In this document: positions 60,200 to 64,000 of the stretch, in pieces
Layout of the letters: each line of letters starts with the position of its first letter
Numbering within the stretch: the stretch's first letter is position 1
Source of the DNA: Psammoneis japonica
Taxonomy: Eukaryota
Reading direction: 5' to 3'
Assembly: GCA_008632985.1 (NCBI GenBank)
Contig: QPGO01000071.1
Location: 235,516 to 299,515, forward strand
DNA length: 64,000 nucleotides
Notes under the pieces: generated by a model
What the model saw: the letters and a program-made list of their open reading frames with translations, nothing else
Told to the model about the DNA's origin: nothing
Database searches by the model: none
Program-made: the position numbers and the translations under genes

Positions 60200-62150
60200 C
60201 GACAATTGTCCACAACGAAATGCCGTGTTGTTTTTTTGGGCCGCACATCGTGGTGCTGCTTCTGCACATTTTTTTTGTTCATGCGCCATTTCGCGCCACC
60301 ACTAAAACCTTCTAGATGGAGCTATTGAATCACATCTTTTGGCCCGACTGTGGCGTGAAATGCCAATTTGATGCAATGGTGGGAAAACGCAGAAATGCTC
60401 CAGCACCGATTCTAAGTGCATGCTGTCAATTGTCCAGAGATGGCACCTTCCAAAACAGCACTGCTCCATGTGTGCCTTGGCATCGAATGGCTCCTGACTC
60501 CATTCAAGCTCTGCTGTGAGACACACTTCAGCATCCTCACATGAGCAGTCCATGTCACTCACCAACATTGAGAAAGCTCGTTGTCACTCAGAAAATCTGG
60601 GCATTGTGCCCTTCCCCAATGACATCCGGCGTCAGAGGCACCGCACATTCTGTTCCACTGGATCAAGGTGCTCAATCTTCTCCACTCAGCTGGGATTCTG
60701 CATCTCTTCTGAGTTGCAAACACACTGAAAAAAATTCCGAATTCCACAGTGAAGCAATCATGAATCCTTTGCGAAATCATCCCTCCCATCACACTGAAAA
60801 ATGGCGTTCACCACTTGACTGTGGTGCACAAACGATGACCGGGCGATTGTTCCATCGGTTGCCCACAGTTGCTCTCCCTGCAAACATTGACCACCATTTT
60901 CAAGCCCTTGGTCTTCAGCGACCCTCTTGGCCATTGCTGGAAAGAAGTGTGCATCCTCAATGTTGGTGAGTGGGGAGTTTGGTGGTTGCGGTGCAAGCTC
61001 CCAACCGCACTGAGCAAATTCACAATCAACAAACAATGGCCAACAGAACCGAATCAATGTGTGGTGTTGCATTGTCCCGCTGGAGCCGAAGACATGCACT
61101 CATTTCCCCATGTCATTTTCCACCCTCTGAGCAACTGCTTCCATCTTCGCCATCAGAATGTTGCGGAAGTGATCCAACAGTGCAAATTTCGGATTTCGTT
61201 CTGTCCCAAATTCGATCCAGTGACCTCCCAATTCTGAAAGTGCTCCTTGCCTTTACAACACAACAAGTTCTCTGCAACCTTGGGACAATGGAATGTTCCA
61301 TCAGCTCTGTGCACACGGTGACGCGAATCCTTCTTCGCCTTCACCTTTCCACCGGCACGAGCACAATTGACCTTGTGTGGCCACCTCTCTGAAAATCATT
61401 GTTCTGTCATCAACATCAATGGCCGTTGAGTTTCATTTGGTGATCGCTGACAGGCACTTGCAACCAATGATGCAGGAGAGAGTCACCTCATGACAACATC
61501 AAAACTGAGTCTGTTGTTGACTGTGTGCCGCACATTCGCTCGCACATTGGCACCCCGTGGAAACCCATGACAAAGCCAACTCCACCTTCACTGTCGGGTC
61601 ATCCTGTGCAGTGTTCCGGTGCCACCTGCACCAGTGCACCAATTGAGTGGACACTTGGTGTGGGTGCATTGTTGCACGAAGTTGCAGTTGATGGCATGAG
61701 CAACATGTCTCATCGTCACTGTGGTGGCAGCGGTTCCGTGTGTTTTGATGATGTCGTGTCGTGGATGAACTCCCTCCGAGCCAATTTGCGCAGAAGCAGC
61801 ACCACGATGTGTGGCCCAAAAAAATGACATGGTGTTTCCTCGTGGACAGTTGTTGCTTGCCGGAGGAAGTGCTGGCTGGCAGCCACTGCTGATGGCTCAG
61901 CTGGAGAGCAGAGAGTGCTGCAGACTCCACTCTCCAGAGCTGGAGCCCTGCAACATCTGCCAGAGCAGAGAGTAAAATGCAGGCCCCACTCCAGAGCTGG
62001 CAGTGGCCCTCTGCCACTGCGGCAGAGCTGCTAGAGCAGAGAGCCAACTGATGACTTCCCTGTAAAAGCCAGACAGATGACATGCTCAAGTGCCGCATTT
62101 CCCGTGCAGGCACTTGCACCCACTGCATGTTCAACATGGCGTGCAGCTGT
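60200..62150 (-). mobile_element. TpA-depleted island with a Tc1/mariner (IS630-like) transposase remnant
   Basis: WELAPQPPNSPLTNIEDAHFFPAM (about 60910-61005) matches the QPPNSPDxN motif; frames are broken. Confidence 0.75.
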
Positions 62151-62737
62151 GAAGTGTAAAGGTCATCAAGCCAACACTTGTACTTCGTAACCACTAGATA
62201 TAACTATCCACACAATTTTGTAGCTCATGCTCTGGGTCAACAGGGAAAGTAACTCGTTTTAGATGGCCACAGTTAAAACGAATGACAACTGCTGCATCAG
62301 CAGGGAAGTGAGATAGTTTCTTCTATGCGTCTAGAGAGAAGGAGCCTAGCGGTGCGAGCTGTCAAATGCACCGTCCTAGAGAGCATCTCACTACAACGAA
62401 ACCGTGCTGATTTGACATCACTGTCTGTTGAACCAGTCTACCCGCACTTTCTGACTAGCTAGTAGCGTATCCATATAACAGGGACAGAGACGGCGCACAG
62501 AAGAAATCCAAGGTGACGTCTGTGTAACTATGCTTCTATACGTGAAAATAGTAACATCTGCATATCGCCCGAGCCGAGTGGTGACGAATGGTTATCTGTC
62601 GCTACTTCTCATAACGCCACGACCACCATCCTGCGCAAGTCTATGCTCCTCTTTCTTTCATACGCATTAAAAACAAAAGGATTAAAAAGAAAATTCTCCA
62701 CCCAAAACAACATAGCTTGCAGCAAATCACAACGTTG

Positions 62738-64000
62738 CTACTCGAAATAGTGCGCTCTGTTGCAAACCCACCCATCTTCGGAAGGATCCACAATTGCGCA
62801 CATTTTCCAGAGGTGACGCGAGCACAGGGTCTCCCAGCCAGAAACATGTTCCTTTGGCGATTCTCGTTCTTCCTCAGAATCGATCGAGTCACAGCTGCTC
62901 TGGCTTAGCGTGCTTGGAGTATCGTGGCTTGCACCATCGTCTCCAACGGGGTCGTCTTTGTAACACGCATTCCAGGATGTAAATCGTCTCTTTAGAAAGC
63001 GTTTGTTTTGGGAAATCGGAACTTGTACCTTTCTCGGAATGTCCTCTTGCCTTCGTTTCTTTGGCAATACGGATCGCTTGATCTGTGGAGGAAGGACCGG
63101 CAGTTCCTCGACATTCTTGTCGGGCTTGGACTCGATTGCATGAGAAAGCTCAGGAGCGGCGTCTACATGATCTTTCTTCTTGCTCGACAGGAGCTTCTTC
63201 TTTGACTTGCGAACGTCGGGCAGAACCTTGGTAATAGCGGCAGGCTTCTTGGCCGTTGGACTGTTCGGTTCATCGAGGGGAAAGGTACGAAACTTATGTT
63301 TGGAGTGGGAGGGGCGTAACGCGTTTGGAGAGAGGGAACGTCGCGTCTTCCTTCGTCGTTTGCCTTCCTTCATGTCCTCCGGATAAGGGTTGGTTTCGGG
63401 AAGAGGGTGGTACATTACGGCATTTCTCGAAGATTTCTCATTTTGGGGTTTTGTGAGGAGTTCCTTTTCTGGAGGCAGCACTGAACGCTTTGACAGCGTT
63501 TTTTTCGATGATTTTTTGGACTGCTTAACGGACCTCTTTTTGGAATGCGTTGGAAAGACGACAGCCTGAGGCTTTGGTCGACTGTCCCAATTTACTGAAG
63601 TGTTCGAACGGCCCTTGGTTTTCTTTGGGCTGGGGAGATCCTCCACTTCGTCCTCTTCAGCACATTCAGGGATAGGAGAAGACGCAATAACTACTTCTTG
63701 CTCCTCTTTTGGTCTCAGAGGGCTGCTTCTGGACAAGGCAAGCGAGGAACCGAGCGAGCCCTCGTCGAGATCTGGTGCGTAGGGGTCGTGCCGAATGGCT
63801 GCATCTGATGCAAAAGTTGCATCCGACTTTACGGCTGGGGTCTCATCTTCTTTCGTCTTTTCTGCAACGGGCTCTATTGCTGGCTCTTGCTTTGGACCCT
63901 CCGCTTCATCAAAGGGAGCAGGCACAGCAGGTGGCTCTCCAATAGCTGTTGCGGCGATGTGTTGATCATCGTGCCGATCATCGCTGATCGTTTTCTTCCA
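62738..64000 (-). CDS. Low-complexity Lys/Ser/Pro-rich hypothetical protein, 5' end outside the window
   Basis: Frame stays open from 62738 to the window edge. Confidence 0.6.
   Translation of the reverse strand, partial: WKKTISDDRHDDQHIAATAIGEPPAVPAPFDEAEGPKQEPAIEPVAEKTKEDETPAVKSDATFASDAAIRHDPYAPDLDEGSLGSSLALSRSSPLRPKEEQEVVIASSPIPECAEEDEVEDLPSPKKTKGRSNTSVNWDSRPKPQAVVFPTHSKKRSVKQSKKSSKKTLSKRSVLPPEKELLTKPQNEKSSRNAVMYHPLPETNPYPEDMKEGKRRRKTRRSLSPNALRPSHSKHKFRTFPLDEPNSPTAKKPAAITKVLPDVRKSKKKLLSSKKKDHVDAAPELSHAIESKPDKNVEELPVLPPQIKRSVLPKKRRQEDIPRKVQVPISQNKRFLKRRFTSWNACYKDDPVGDDGASHDTPSTLSQSSCDSIDSEEERESPKEHVSGWETLCSRHLWKMCAIVDPSEDGWVCNRAHYFE

Overview
Eukaryotic genomic DNA, most likely a pennate diatom. 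This is inferred from the short GT-AG introns, plastid-type bipartite presequences and CoDi-like copia remnants. Ordinary host genes alternate with transposon islands at about 1-1.5, 6.1-17.8, 25.0-33.4, 35.1-37.8, 42.7-44.3 and 60.2-62.2 kb. The main signal is that the islands have lost almost all TpA dinucleotides, apparently converted to TpG or CpA, in addition to the familiar CpG loss, while host genes keep normal TpA. Conserved transposon tyrosines read as Cys or His. Several repeat pairs inside the window indicate the direction (A:T->G:C) and a context preference. This looks like a repeat-targeted hypermutation process, analogous to fungal RIP but of opposite polarity; I know of no description of it, but I cannot check the literature. 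Other highlights: a cap guanine-N7 methyltransferase with its domain segments in swapped order; a divergently transcribed PD-(D/E)XK-like gene beside it; a DDE transposase with an embedded DEDDy exonuclease; a degenerate TALE homeodomain; and a run of Golgi-type glycan-modifying genes. All family assignments are by eye from motifs, and all counts are manual and approximate.
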